A stretch of DNA of 64,000 bases from Vicugna vicugna (GCA_013265495.1 MU058423.1:3797061-3861060), one strand, 5' to 3'; counted from the first letter of the stretch, positions 1 through 13,150 are shown. Translations and numbers: made by a program. Notes: generated from the sequence alone by a model not told the origin.

Positions 1-1014
1 CTTCTGGACATCAGCAGTCTTCTCTGTCATCAGACCACCTGCCCTTCTGGAGGTCTGTACAAAAGGAAATGGGTGTAAGAACATGGTTTCGAAGATTCCT
101 CTTTTCTCTGGCAAGCTGTGATTTAACTGTCCTGAGGTCTAAAAAGGTGATGGAGGGTAGCATATGAAATTAATCACAAGGTACTGGAAATCAAACCTCC
201 CCGTAAGGAGGTGATGACACATTTGTCTGTGCCGTGAAGTGAAGCCACAAAGACAAAGAGGAATCAAATAGAATCCCAGGTGAAGTGGACAGTCCTCCAA
301 GCCATTGACCCGGAAAAACGCCTTAACGGCTTGTAAAAGTATCTTTTTCTATTCTTTGACCCTTCCTCCTACTTTTTTAAAAGAAAATCTTTTCCAATTT
401 TCCTTTCTTTCCTCCCCTTTTTTTGGGTTGGGGGGGATGAAAAATGAGAGAAACGTCTTGACTTCTTAAAGCTTTTCGAAGAGCTTTTCATTTTTCATTC
501 AAATTTGTGCCAAATGGTGTTGACAGAGGCTGGGAAATCCTAACAAATGTTTAGAAATGCACGGCTTTGTTTTAGTGGAAGAACAGTGCATGCTGGATTG
601 ATGAGGCAATGGAAGCCTTGTAGGGAGTTGAGGTTATAGAAAATTGAATGTAAAGGAATAAACTGTATGCTTCTCAAAGGTAATTATATTTCTGGCTCCT
701 TAAAATATTTTGGCAGTGTGAAGTCTGAAACAGAATTAAGCTTGGGATTGTGGGTGAGAATTTGATCCTGTATTTACCACTTTAAAATCACATACTTTTT
801 TTTTTTTTTGCTACTGCCAAGATTGGTACAGCTATCTCTTCAGAACTGTATTTGACCTAAATAAACCACTGAAAATTAAAGAATATAAGGTGGTGTTCCA
901 TAAGTTACAAGTACTACCGCTGTTGAACATTGTCACTCTAAGCAAGGTCGCCAGTACCACCGCGGACTGAGCACTTCTGATGTAGCAGATATCTTTTCAA
1001 TCTTCAAATGTGTA

Positions 1015-1310
1015 TTTTTTAATCCTCATAACATTTTCTAGTATTTTCTAGTACGAGTATTTTCCTCATTATACAGATGAGCAGATCTGTGCCTGAAATC
1101 ACATATCTGGTAGAGACTGAAACAGTGGTTTGACCCCAGACCTGACTGGTTCTCCAGTGCTTCGCAGTAGAGTGAGTGTCCACATAGCTGGTACCATTTA
1201 CCAGCGTGGTCCTAAGCGCTTTGCAAGTATAGACTCAGTTCTCACATCAGTCCCACCATGTTGGTACTATTGTCCCCATTTACAGGTCCTAGATGGTAAG
1301 TGATAGAACT
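1015..1310 (-). mobile_element. Two adjacent MIR SINE fragments
   Basis: Reverse-complement MIR core: aatcctcataac...cattatacagatgag and ggtactattgtccccatttacag. Confidence 0.7.
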
Positions 1311-1589
1311 TGGACGATTCATGTAGTTTATATTTCTAAAGTTAAAAAATGTAAATAGAGTGTTAACTTTGAGACAGAGTCATTTCTGGTATTGTGAATA
1401 TAAATTATAACAGTCTGTGGACAGATTCGTTTGTTTCTCTCCATTCCTTGAGATTTAGTTAAATTTTCAATTAACTTTCACATGAAAAATATTTCTGTGT
1501 GCTGCCTGCCTGCCTTAGTTCATACAGATGGTGAATCTAGGATCCATATATACGTGGCACCTTTTCATCTAGGAATATATTAACTGCAG

Positions 1590-1810
1590 TAACAGTGTCT
1601 AACGTTTTTATGGCATTTTGAAGCTTTGAGAGTGTTTCAGATCACTGACCTCATTTGATTCTCATAATCGTCTTGTGAAGGAAGGAAGCAAGTGTTCCTG
1701 ATTTTCAGATGAGGAAGGTAGTGGGGAAACTAAATGGTGACTTCAAGATCTTCTTGCTTGGGGACAGAGCAGGATCTGGAGATCAGGGCTTCTGACTTCC
1801 CAGCCCTCTG
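1590..1810 (-). mobile_element. MIR-family SINE (MIRc/MIR3-like)
   Basis: cctcatttgattctcataatc...ttttcagatgaggaa...cttctgacttcccagccc resembles reverse MIR core. Confidence 0.7.
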
Positions 1811-2353
1811 CTTGTCTCGTCTGCTGCCTGTGTTTTGGGACTTACTCCTGTGTGGGTGCTCAGGGAAAAGGATGAACTCATAGGAGAAAAACCAAAGGAA
1901 TATATGGAATTTAAAAGCACAAGTGATCTTGGAGTCTAATGACACTTCTTTTGTCTTTAGAAAGAGGGGGAAGATTTGGAGTACTGTGTGAGTCAGATTT
2001 AGGATACTGCTTGTGTTAATCAACACAAATGATGATAATTTTTCTTTTAATTTGTAAGATGGTGAAGAGCACACACTTTGGGACCTCTAGAAGGGCTTCT
2101 GATCATTCTGCCTTTTGACGTGACCTTTAATTTCTAGTATTGAGCTCTTTACTCACTGTTTTTACGAGTTTGAATTGAAATGAATACACTGTGTCAACAA
2201 AAATGAAACTGGTTCTGAACACTTTCTATACTTTGATTGAAAAACAGGTTGCACAGGAAGGGGGAATGTGTTTAGTACTTGAACTCATTTAGGAGTCCAG
2301 CAGAGAGATGTCTTGAAGTTAGCTATGACCCTCATTCTCAGGATTGTTATGTA

Positions 2354-2589
2354 CAGTTGGCCTTTGAACAACAGGGGTTTGAACAGCGTGTGGGCACTTA
2401 CAGAGGGTTTTTTTTTTTTTTTTACAATAAGCACACGGTCTGTGGTTGGTTGAACCGGCAGACACAGAGCTGCAGATATGGAGGAACCATGTAGGTGGAA
2501 GGCCAGCTGTACATTATTCATGGATTTTTGACTGCAGGGAGGTTTTGAGCCCCCCACACCTCCTGCCCTGCATTGTTCAGGGGTCAGCG
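2354..2589 (+). mobile_element. Tigger2-family non-autonomous Tc1/mariner DNA transposon
   Basis: Terminal inverted repeats cagttggcctttgaacaa ... ttgttcaggggtcagc-g, preceded by TA (2352-2353); the interior resembles the Tigger2 ends. Confidence 0.8.
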
Positions 2590-3440
2590 ATCCTGAACAA
2601 GGGTCCTGCCAGAGGTGGCGTGCTGGCGCCCTGGCCTGAGCGCGCTGAGTCTTCTCCCTGCTCTGAGGTGGGAGGGGCTGGGGTGCCCTTTGAAGAAACC
2701 TTACCACTTTTCTCTGCCTTTGGGTTTATGTTTTTGTGTAATTCTGAAAAATCATTTACTTTCTTGCTTTTCCAAAAGATGGATCCTTTTCTGGTTTTCT
2801 AGTAACAACAATGGCAAAAAGTAAAATCCAGTTTGTTGATTTCCTTGCTTGAGAAATGTAATTAAAAAAAAACTTTTCCCCAGGAATATTAGAAATTATT
2901 AATTATATTACTTTTTACCTTGCAACAGGATCAGTAAGTTTGCTCACTTCCATTCTGCCTGTAAAGAATTGTCAATTTCTGTCAGTAGAGATTGTCATTT
3001 TCTGATTAATGCGCCTGCTGTTTGGAAACATTTCCTACTGAGCTGTCTGTTGGCACGTTTCCAGTGTGCAGAAACACATGGGATTTTTCTTTAATGAGAC
3101 CATTTCTGCTTAGTAACAGAAATCAGGCTGCTGCTGCTGTCCAGATGAGTGATGAAGTCAGTTCCTTCCCCTGGCGGCTGGGAGTGGGTGAGGGCCCGCT
3201 CCCCACTACCCGTGACTTCACGTCTATTGTTTCAAGTGCTGTAAAGCACCTGGTGAGTGTGAGGTGCTATGTTTTCTTGAATTAAAGAGAATTACACCTG
3301 GTCAAAGGTAGTTCTAGCTGATGTTAGCAGCAGTAGGGTAGTTTCTATGTGTTAAGGTTCAGGACAGGCACTGTCCAAAGGAATTCAGGGCATTGGCTTA
3401 GCGGTGAGTCAGGGATTCAGGTAAGAACATTATTGAGAAG

Positions 3441-3690
3441 AGGCAGTGTTGTGTTTTGGTTAAGAACATGGTTTCTGAGTTGCATCTCAGTTTGAATTTC
3501 AGTTATCTTCCCTACTAGCATGTGATCTTGGGTGAGATACTTAACCTCTTTGAACTTCAGTTTCCTTATCTGTAAATTGAGGTTAGGGGAGAAATGAAAT
3601 GATGTATGTAAAGTGCTCAAAGAGTGTAAAGAGTATCCAGGTCCAAAGTGCGTGACACTTGGTGAATGTAGCTGTTATTACTCATTATAA
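3441..3690 (+). mobile_element. MIR SINE, near full length
   Basis: tggttaagaacatgg...tgtgatcttgggtgagatacttaacctctttgaacttcagtttccttatctgtaaa. Confidence 0.85.
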
Positions 3691-3815
3691 GTTTCATTTA
3701 TGGTGTTAATGGGCTTCAGATTCAGTGGTAAACATAGGGGTTGAATGTTGAATTGAATGTAAGAGCTAATGATATTGGCAGAGCAAGATTAGGAAATAAA
3801 CTTTGTTCTTTCTAA

Positions 3816-4325
3816 TGTGGTATAGTGTTGATCTATTTTATCCTGCACAGCCATCTTTCTCCTTCCTTTTGTGGCCTTGGGTCTCCTTTGAGGAGCCACC
3901 CTTTTTCCTTTTCCCTTTTCTAATCTTATAGTTTGGGTAGTTCAATCAATCAAAGTATCCCATCTCTTTGGCCATAGTGATGAGTTTGGGGACGGGACCT
4001 GCCACTGAGTTAGGACGTATTTGATGCATTGAGATATTTGCAGAGACAGTTTCGTTTCGCCCTCTTCCTGCTGAGGAAGTGTGTGGGTACAAGGCTTGGA
4101 GGAGCTTCAGCCATCTGGGGACCACATGGAGTTTCAAAACGGACCCAGTTCAGAGGGAGCGAAGCTGAGGAGGATCCCAGGGGCACCATGTGAGGCTGGA
4201 ATCAAGCTGTGCCCAAAGCCAAGTACATGTATCTGTGGGTTTTTCTGTGACATAAGCCAGTACAATCTCCCTTTTTTTCTTCCCTAGGCCAGTTTCCCTC
4301 AGTTCTTTCAACCAAAAGTGAGAGA
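3816..4325 (+). mobile_element. MaLR solo LTR (MLT1J/K-like)
   Basis: 3' part atcaagctgtgcccaaagcc...ttttctgtgacataagccagtacaatctccc...ggccagttt...caaccaaaag resembles old MLT1 LTR ends. Confidence 0.7.
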
Positions 4326-4879
4326 AATCAAAGTGATGCACCTGGTTTTGTCCATCACATTTCAGTTGTGTTGATAGGTTAACCTTTCCTCTGTACCAAA
4401 GTTCCACACAACTTGGAGACCATTCTGTAGTGTCTGCATCTTCTGTCATATAGAGAAGAGGAGTTATGCCGAGAGTCCTCGAACATCTGCTTTGTAGCAT
4501 GTAAATAACTACATGGAAGTGAGGTCCCGGCTTCGTGGCAAATGCTTTCTCTTCTTTACCATTGACCCACAGAGCATCTTGGACATGCTTCAGGTTTAGA
4601 GGAGGCTCTGAGTCATCAGACATCCTTCCAATGTTTGTCTGTGCTCCACAGGGTCCAGAAAATGGGCATGCATGCCTCTTCAGATGAGAACTCACTGCCC
4701 CCTGAGGCCCCCGGCTGAGTCTTTATATTTGGATCATACAGAATGATTTGAGGGTGACCTTAAAACTTCAGGGTGAAAAAGACTTAAAGAGGCCTCTGAC
4801 GCCTTCACTTGGAAATGAATAGGGCTTAGAGATAATTAATGATTTGAAAAAAAGTGTTCCAGAAATCGCAACCCTGTCG

Positions 4880-5035
4880 GATTCTGTGACCACTGAGTTG
4901 TCACTTCTTTCCTCTAATCCTCAGTTTCCTCGTCTATAAATGGGATAATTTCTACCATACAGAGTCATAAAAAATAGGGTTAATTGATGTAAAATGCCTG
5001 GCATGCTGCTCAATAAATGGTCAGTTGGATGAATT
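4880..5035 (+). mobile_element. MIR SINE 3' part
   Basis: cctcagtttcctcgtctataaatgggataat...gcctggcatg...ctcaataaatg. Confidence 0.8.
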
Positions 5036-5247
5036 TAGATCCAGTCTGGAACCAATAGTTTGGATGGATACGGGTCATTCAGAGTTCTGAATGTAGCTAT
5101 GTGTAAAGGCAAAGTGATGATTTCAGTGGCCTTTTTTGAAAATCAGTTTATTTGATTCTTTCTGGCTCAGATTATTTAGAAAATTATAATACACACACGT
5201 GTGCATTATGCCTTATGTTCTTCTAGGATTTTGTGCTACGAGTATTC

Positions 5248-5267
5248 TGTGTGTGCGCGCGTGTGCA
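5248..5267. repeat. Alternating purine-pyrimidine tract (Z-DNA prone)
   Basis: tgtgtgtgcgcgcgtgtgca, 20 nt, with a CG core. Confidence 0.6.
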
Positions 5268-7515
5268 GACTTCATTAAGAGATCTGCAGTGATGCTTTCA
5301 CGGAAGGTGGTTGATGCCTTAACACTCAGCAAATATATATTTTCTTTCCTGTGATATAAACCACGTTAGCAGCTACATGAGATTCAGGATAAGAGGTGAT
5401 TTGATTCCTCAGCCCTTTAAATACATTGCTATTTAAAAGTAATTTGAACTTGCTGAGAAAACCAAGGGATACACGATTAACTTGGTAGAAGAAGGCTTTA
5501 AAATGGCCTGTGTAATGGAAGTTCACAGCTGTCTGTACCTCCATCAAGAGGCTTTAGAGTCCCCTCCCCTACAACTAGCTTAATAGCAGAGACCTGCTGC
5601 CATCAAGCTGTCTTTACATCATGAGCTCAAGCTGCTGTCCCATCTGTAATGCCTTATGACTTACGAGAGTATTTGCTCAGGCTGTGTCCTATAAGTGTGT
5701 GTGTTTTTTACCCTTCCTAGTCTGGGGTGTGTGTCTAAGGAAGGGTACAAGGACCTCTTCCTGTCCAGCCTGTACTGATACCCCAGGCAGCCTCTCAGCA
5801 CCTGTACTTGGTTGGACTCCAGAAACACCGCATCCTCGTTCCCCGCCCCCAGTCCTGTGTGTGTTGGGAAGCTCACCCTTCAAAACACCAGTTGCCTCCC
5901 AACACAATGAAACTTGAAACTTGAAAATCTCAGGGTTTCCTGCTACCTTTGTGTCTCCTTGGAACCCTGCCTGGCTTTCCCTCATAGAATAAAACTCTCC
6001 CAACCAAAGTCTCCCGAGCTTTTCTTGGGCCCAGGTGGCCTCAGGGGCCTCACCCTGGCATGATTTGAAAGATCCTTACCGGCGTGTGTGTGCACATTGA
6101 TCAACAACTAGAAATGTGTTTTCATATATCCCTGCATACCCAACATGAATTGTTATGACATTTAAATTTAATCTCTCTTTTTACATTATTTTGTTTGAAC
6201 TCCTCCTCTTAGAAGTTTGACATTTCTCTCTTGAAGTATTTCCCGCCTTGAATTATTCAGGAGTCTCTGGCACTTCTGCGGTCCGGTCCGTAGGGCATGA
6301 ATCAGTCTTGCTTTGAAAGGCCGCGGGATGCCTGACCTCCAGTCGATGGTCCACTAGCCGGGTGCTGCTGCAGATGGGCGGCGGGGTGCCTCTGACAGCT
6401 CTGAGGCTGGCACACCCCGCTCAGCCCCGCACTACCCACACCTGCTCCTGGCCGCTCCCACAGCGTTTTAGCCTCTGCATTGAGCCTGGCCAGGCCACAT
6501 TTCCTCAGCTGTGCAGTGAATTCTGTTCAGGAGCTCCTGGTATCCTTTCCTGCCCGTGATCTTGGGTCAGTCCTTCCTTATTCGGACCCGAGAAGGGTAC
6601 CAGCTTTCATTCTCAGAGCAGCATTCAGGATCTCTGGTCTCTCCTCCAAGGTGGCCCTGGACTTGCCCTGCAAATCAGCCAACTTCCAGCCTCCAGCAGA
6701 CTCAGCCTCAGAGTCCAGTGAAGAGTCCACCTCTGTCCACCCACAAAGGCCTCCTTTACTTTCTCCCTCTGAGCAGTGGGTGTCTTGCCTGTATTTACAT
6801 AACTCAGGGACAGCACTCCAGTGATTCCTCCCTGAACAAAGAAAGCTTGTTCCAAGGCCTCATTGGTGTCTATTTAAGCAGAGACGGAGCAAACAGCTTC
6901 TTGCCTTCCCCAGTGTACGTGTCTGGTCGGCTGTTAATGCCGTTTCTGCATCATTAGCAGTATTCTGCTCCTTTGGTTTTGGACAGAACTGACCTTTTAA
7001 GCAACCTCTACATTGATTTCAGTCTCTTTGACAGTGTATTTCACAGGCGTACTTAATACTAAGCAGTTTCCCACTCTTACCGTGCGGTAAGAACCTGAAC
7101 CATTCAGGGATCATTCTTTACACCTCAGTGGTTATTCAAGTTCATTTTTCGGTCTGCTTTCTGTTGTTGAGCCAGTTAAAAAAACCCTTCACTGTTCTCT
7201 AATCTTGATACAGTTGAAAACATCTAGAACAACATTTCACAAGCCATCCCATAATCTTGAAAAATGTTTATAGTCTAGGGAAAATATTCTTGTTCAAATA
7301 AGTTTGGTAAACACTGCAAATTCCGTCTTCCCTCTATGGAATATAGCCTAGTGAAGGCACTGACAAGTCCTGAAATGAGGAAAAGAGTTAAACTTTGGTT
7401 TTAGTTTAGAATTTCTCCAATCTGTATATGAGTAGCAGTTTTGGTATCACGTGATCACTTCAAACTCACTGCGTATAAAACTGAATAATTTTTTTCCCCT
7501 TTTCAAACCCACTTC

Positions 7516-8162
7516 ATTTTTTTCTTTTTTCTTTTAGCATTTTTTATTGATTTATAATCATTTTACAATGTTACGTCAAATTCCGGTGTAGAGCACAATT
7601 TTTTAATTACACATGAACATGTATATATTCATTGTCACATTTTTTTCTCTGTGAGCTACCATAAGACCTTGTATATATTTCCCTGTGCTACACAGTATAA
7701 TCTTGTTTATCTATTCTACAATTTTAAAATCCCAGTCTATCTCTTCCCACCCCCCACCCCCTTGGCAACCACAAGTTTGTATTCTATGTCTATGAGTCTA
7801 ATACTGCTTTGTATTTATGCTTTGTTTTTTTTTTAGAATTTATGCTTTTTTTTTAGATTCCACATATGAGCAATCTCATATGGTATTTTTCTTTCTCTTT
7901 CTGACTTACTTCACTTAGAATGACGTACTCCAGGAGCATCCATGTTGCTGCAAATGGCGTTACGTTGTTGGTTTTCATGGCTCAGTAGTATTCCATCGTA
8001 TATGTATACCACATCGTCTTTATGCAGTCATCTGTTGATGGACATTTAGGCTGTCTCCATGTCTTGGCTATTGTAAATAGTGCTGCTATGAACATTGGGG
8101 TGCAGGTGTCATCCTGAACTAGGGTTCCTTCTGGATACAAGCCCAGGAGCAGGATTCCTGGG
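7516..8162 (-). mobile_element. 5'-truncated young LINE-1 (ORF2 C-terminus + 3' UTR + poly-A)
   Basis: ORF 7982..8242(-) gives L1 ORF2 C-terminal motif TCTPMFIAALFTIAKTWRQPKCPSTDD...TMEYY; T-rich tail on + strand; 12/14 TSD ttcaaacccacttc (7502-7515) / ttcaaacgcatttc (8163-8176). Confidence 0.95.
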
Positions 8163-8779
8163 TTCAAACGCATTTCTGTTTGGGAGAAGCTTTTCCTCTG
8201 TTCACCCTGCCAGGAGGTAAAAACTGAAGGCCCTGGTCGCAAGGATCATTGAAATGGTCTCCTAAGTATTCCTCTGCCTTCAGGTCTAAATCACTCCAAA
8301 CTCATTTTCAGAGTAATATTACAAAAATGTGAAACTGGCCATATTGCTCACAGGTTTGAAGCCGGATAGTGGACCTCTGTTGCTTATAACAGATATGGGT
8401 TTATAGATATAAGTAGCCACAAACATATTCTCTATAGTAACTTATTTATTGGACTTTATGGCTAGAACTATATACATAAACATAATTTATGAATTTTAAC
8501 TTACATGCATATATTTTCTTAAGTACTGTATAGCTGGACATTGCACTTCCTATCACATGATGACCTCTCTGAGCCTCATTATACCTTTGGTTAATGTTGT
8601 TCATATATAATTTAAGCTTTTTCTGAAGAGGCCTTCAAGCCAAAGTAGCAAGGTAAAGGAATAGGAGTGTGTGTACTAATCAGCACATATTTGCCGTGCT
8701 TTTAATCCTTTTTTAGGGAATGCTCCATATTGCAGATAATTAAGTAATAAATTACTCTAATATGATATGCTAAATGCAG

Positions 8780-9600
8780 TAATTGATAGATGAAAAGATG
8801 CTGTGGAGGAACTCAAGAGAAAGGGATCAGTTCCTCCTCAGTGAGGTGAAGGAAGTTGCCTCAGAGTTTATCTTCATGCTCAATCAATACAAAAACATTG
8901 GAAAGGGCACTGCTGCTGGTTGTTTTTTATTAGGCGCTTACCAGTGCCATTTCCTGTGTTACCATTTCTCTGTCCTCACAGGAACCCCGTGACGTTCATA
9001 TTTATCTCCAAGAAACTGAGTCAGAAATATAAAAAAGAATCATAGCTTGTAGGTGATGGAGAATGGATCTGAGATAGTGTTGAACGTCTAACTTCCACGT
9101 TCTTAATGATTTTACTGCACTGTTTCCAGGCAGAAATGGGATAGCACTTTGTAAATAGAGGGAACGTCAGGTAGGAAGGTACGGAACTGGGGACGCACAT
9201 GGAATGTTTGGGGCTCTTCAGAGAGTCCTCGTAGATTGAGTTAAGACATAACAGGGGCGAGCTGCGCCTTGGGGTCCCGCAGAGACCGGGGCCAGGTTGG
9301 GTAGGTCTGGAGTCTTGCAGGGTCTGCATTGATTCGGATGAAGGGCCAGTGAGGGTTTTTTAACAGATGGACCTGAGATGACCCACTGTGCGCTTGCGCC
9401 ACGCACTCTCAGTTGCGGGGAGGCCGTACAGGACGGTTGTAATGGCAGCGGTGGGAGGAGCAGGCATGAGACGGAAGCACTGTGGTTGAAAACTACAGGG
9501 ATCTTTACTAGAGCAACAGCAAGAGGGGCCCAGAGTTTAGCGCTTTGGGGTGTTTAGGAATTGATGTGACCCATGAAATGGTAAGGACAGAGAAGAGAGA
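8780..9600 (-). mobile_element. Degraded L2 interrupted by a MIR (about 8920-9125, -)
   Basis: Purine-rich reverse-L2 pattern on both sides (tgctgtggaggaactcaagagaaaggga; gggccagtgagggttttttaacag); the MIR reads gtcctcacaggaaccccgtga...agaaactgagtcaga. Confidence 0.6.
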
Positions 9601-12229
9601 ACACTGACTCCTGAGATGATTGGTGGGCAAATAGAGCTCACTGCAAGGGAGAAATAATGGAGCAGGTGCCCGTGCGGCTTGCTCTGTGTGTGTGTGTGTT
9701 AATGCAAGAGAATTCTAATGGCATTTATGCTAACCTTCTGTAGATACATTTTGTAACCCAGTAGGCATTTCATGTCTCATTTTTCAAAAGTTTTAACTAT
9801 ATTTGACCATCCTTAATTTCCCCTGTATTTCATTTTTGATGGTTTTCACACTTCCTGATTATGTAGTGGAGGCTTCATCTCTGGTGGAACACTTAAAACC
9901 TTTTTTTTTTGTTGTTGTTTTATGATTTCTTTTAAAAACAGAATTTTTTTTTGTAATAAGCTTTTTAGGAATATTGTCTGTATTTCTAAGACTATAGCAA
10001 ATACATGCGGATTCGTGTTCACATTCTTAATCCTAGCTTAGCTGTGGGGCCATAGCTCATCTCAGCTGCATTCAGAGATCCTTAACCCTGTCACATTGGT
10101 TTAGAGGGCAGATACAGTTTTTCCAAGTTACATACGGAGTTCATTGAGTCTAGTTTGCTTTCAGTAAATTGTTATTGTGAATACGACACTTGAGAATTCC
10201 ACAAGGAGGACTGGCTAACCCCGGTGCGTGATGTTATAATAGCCTGTGTGCTTGTCTGTGCAGGCAGCAGTGATGCAAAGCTCTTGGCCTTTAGTCCTTA
10301 ACTGGTGTGCCTGCGTATTTCCTATCAACAGGATCCTCTGGAAAAGGAGAGCAGCATTTTCCATCTTTATCCCCTGTGTTTTCAATGGCTCATGCACATC
10401 TGTAGGAAGGAAACGGTGCTGGCATTTGCTTTCCATGCTCAGTGAGCGAGTGGTGTGGGGGTGGAGCTGGCCACGCGAGTGCTCTTATCTGCGCAGGCTT
10501 AGCAGAGGAAGTGTGCATCGGGGCATGACGAACACCAGAAAGCTACAGGAAACAATACTTGGCAGTCACTGCACCGTGTGGAGTCCAGCCATACAAGCTT
10601 CCTCTGGATGGTTTAGTTTCTGAGTCACTTGTTTCCCACTTAAAGCACCTGTGTCTTTGGAGGACTGCACTGGAGAGATGTTAATTGATTATGCGCTTTT
10701 CTCTGGTTTGCCTCAATGTCAGTTATAATGCCCTGGGGGTGTGAAAAGTCCCACTGAATCAACATAGTGTTTGAGGACTAGCAGTGTCAGGACCAGCCAG
10801 TGCATAGAGCAGACAGAAGTCATCAGGTCAGAATGAATGAATGGCACTGAAATCTTCCAGAATATTTCCCCTGGAACTATATGTGCATGTGTGCACACCA
10901 TCAGTTTCGTACTAAATGTGCTTGGTGACCCCAGGCAACCTTCATCTTGCTACTTTCATCCTGTGTTTCTATGTAATGGGTATGAAGGATGACGCTTACT
11001 GCTTCTGAGTGGGCAGCTACCTAATAGATACTTTCTGTTCTTTAAGTTGTTTTCTTAAAGTAGCTGCCTGCTGATAGTTCATCTCAGAACGTGGTCACCT
11101 TAGCATGGTTGTATTATGACATGGGAGGCTATTGTGCACCATGTTTATTGGTCAATCTAGGTCATGTTTTGATGATAATTGATAGCATTGGCGTTGGATT
11201 GGGTAAAAAAAATAATGAAAGTAATAAAAAATGCATCGAAAGCCAGATTTAGGTTAGAATTAACTCTGCATCTGCTCTTTATGCCTGTGGAGTTTAGCAT
11301 TGCTTTAGCAAAATCACTGCTAGTGTTTTTCTAATACCCTGTTAGGTTTTGAGGAGGAAACAGCAGAAAAACGTGAATTTATTATTGCCAGATGATAAAG
11401 TGCAGTTTCTTAGGGAGCTAGTAATTGAAAATTTCAGAGCATTGTAGTGAAACTACCACAAAATATAACAAAAGGGAGATGACACTGACTAGCATTTGTT
11501 TTCCAGAAATTTGCTGAGGGTTTTTCACATTTTGTTGTGACTTGGATTTTGGGCAGTCAGTAGACTGCCCCCAGGATTTTCATAAGTAAGTAGATACTTA
11601 GGTAGGTAAATAAGCAAGCAAACACATATGTCCTTTTTCCTGTACTGTTTTGGAGCTCGTAGTTGGGCTCACTTAGATAGTACTTGAAAAATTCCTAGCG
11701 ATAGCACAAAGTTTTCCCAAGTAGCAACAGTTCCAGTTTTGATATTGAATTATTTAGAAAATCATCACTAATGATAAATCAGAATCTTTTTTCCTTAAGC
11801 TTCTACTCATTGATCCTGGGGCAGCACAGGATTAGTTTATAAATCTTCTGTGGGACAGCCCTTCACACACGTGATGGTTGGTAGCCTCGTCTAAGTCTTC
11901 TTACAATGAAATAAACATAATCTCCTCAGTTCCTTCCATTGTGCTTGTAACCTGCTCACTTTTAAGAATAATGTGAGATGTCTTGTCATGACAACACGTA
12001 TTAAGCAGGCTGAGGGTTAAGACGTTTAAAAGTGAAAGAGATTTATAGGAAGGGACGCTGTCATCCTACCAGCTAGTTTGAGGACTACACGCATCTCTCA
12101 GCCGGCCTTAAGCCAAGGGAAAAAAAACCCAGGTAATTCAGAAGGTGTGCTTTTGAATTAGCCTCAAAGTCTTTGTGCCTGGTAGAATTTGGGAAAAACA
12201 AAACAAAACAAAATAAGAAGCCCAAGAAT

Positions 12230-12640
12230 TTAAAAAAATACAGAAATAATTATACATACAGAAGTGCAGAGAGCCTGCTGCAGTGACATAGATCCACTCT
12301 TCAACAGCTATTAACATTTGACCATAGTTGCTTTATCTACTATGATTGCATATACATGTCACTATTTTTACTGAAGCATTTCTAAGTTAACTATAGGTAA
12401 GCATCATGCATTTGTCTCCTAAAGACGTCAGGTTTACAGCTCCCAAATAAGGCTGTTTTCCTGTATAGCCGTAATATCTTTATCACACATAATACGAAGA
12501 ATGGTTTCCTAATACCATTTACTGTCTAGACCATACTCAAATTCCAACAGTTATCCCTAAAATACCTTTTATAGCTGGTTACTTTGAGCCAGGATTGAAT
12601 CAATATTTAGATACTGTATTTGGTTACTGTCTCTTAAAGA
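12230..12640 (-). mobile_element. Old LINE-1 3' UTR (L1MC4/L1MC5-like)
   Basis: ctcccaaataaggctgttttcctgtatagccgtaatatcttatcacac...ctttatagctgg...gagccaggattgaatcaa resembles the L1MC 3' end. Confidence 0.75.
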
Positions 12641-13107
12641 AAAATATTTCCTTCAGTTTTATATGTATTTTGTGTTTAATTTTCAAATGACCTGTTAAAG
12701 ATGTTGGTCATTTTTGATGGGTTTTTATTGGACTGAAACTACTGTTCTTTGTTTGAGTTTAGAGTCAAGCTGGAGTTTTCTGTAATCTAGGACATTTTTA
12801 AAAGCCTTGGCTGCATTTGCTAAAGGAGGGGCTCAGTACATGTTTTTGTAAGAATCAAGTGACTTAATCCAATAATGTTAAACAGCTTACAAGTGTTTTA
12901 GGACTATTATGTACCAAGCTCTGAAACAACTCTCCAGAATTATTCCATATATTTTTATATAGAGTTTCAATACAGTGAACATACTCTTGTAGATAAACAG
13001 ATCGACTGGTAAAACATGTTCTTTCATCAAGGAATTCCTCAAGAATCCTTAAGAGAGTCATAGGCTCTTCGAATTCTAAGCTTTTCTTCTGGCTCAAAAA
13101 ATATTAT

Positions 13108-13150
13108 CTAACACAACATTGCGGATCAACTATACTTCAATAAAAAAAAA
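13108..13150 (+). mobile_element. Very short LINE-1 3' terminus
   Basis: ctaacacaacattgcggatcaactatacttcaataaaaaaaaa = L1 3' end with AATAAA/poly-A. Confidence 0.65.

Noticed and set aside
4150..4695. 181-aa ORF on the - strand
   Set aside because: It runs into the MLT1 LTR, has a non-ATG start and shows no recognisable homology.
4690..4710. CTCF site (CAGGGGGCAG core on the - strand)
   Set aside because: Only the 3' half of the motif matches; not supportable without a PWM score or ChIP.
5227..5306. Possible 80-nt exon (ttcttctag| ... AAG|gtggtt)
   Set aside because: Weak donor, contains a TG/CG microsatellite-like tract, and the peptide is unrecognised.
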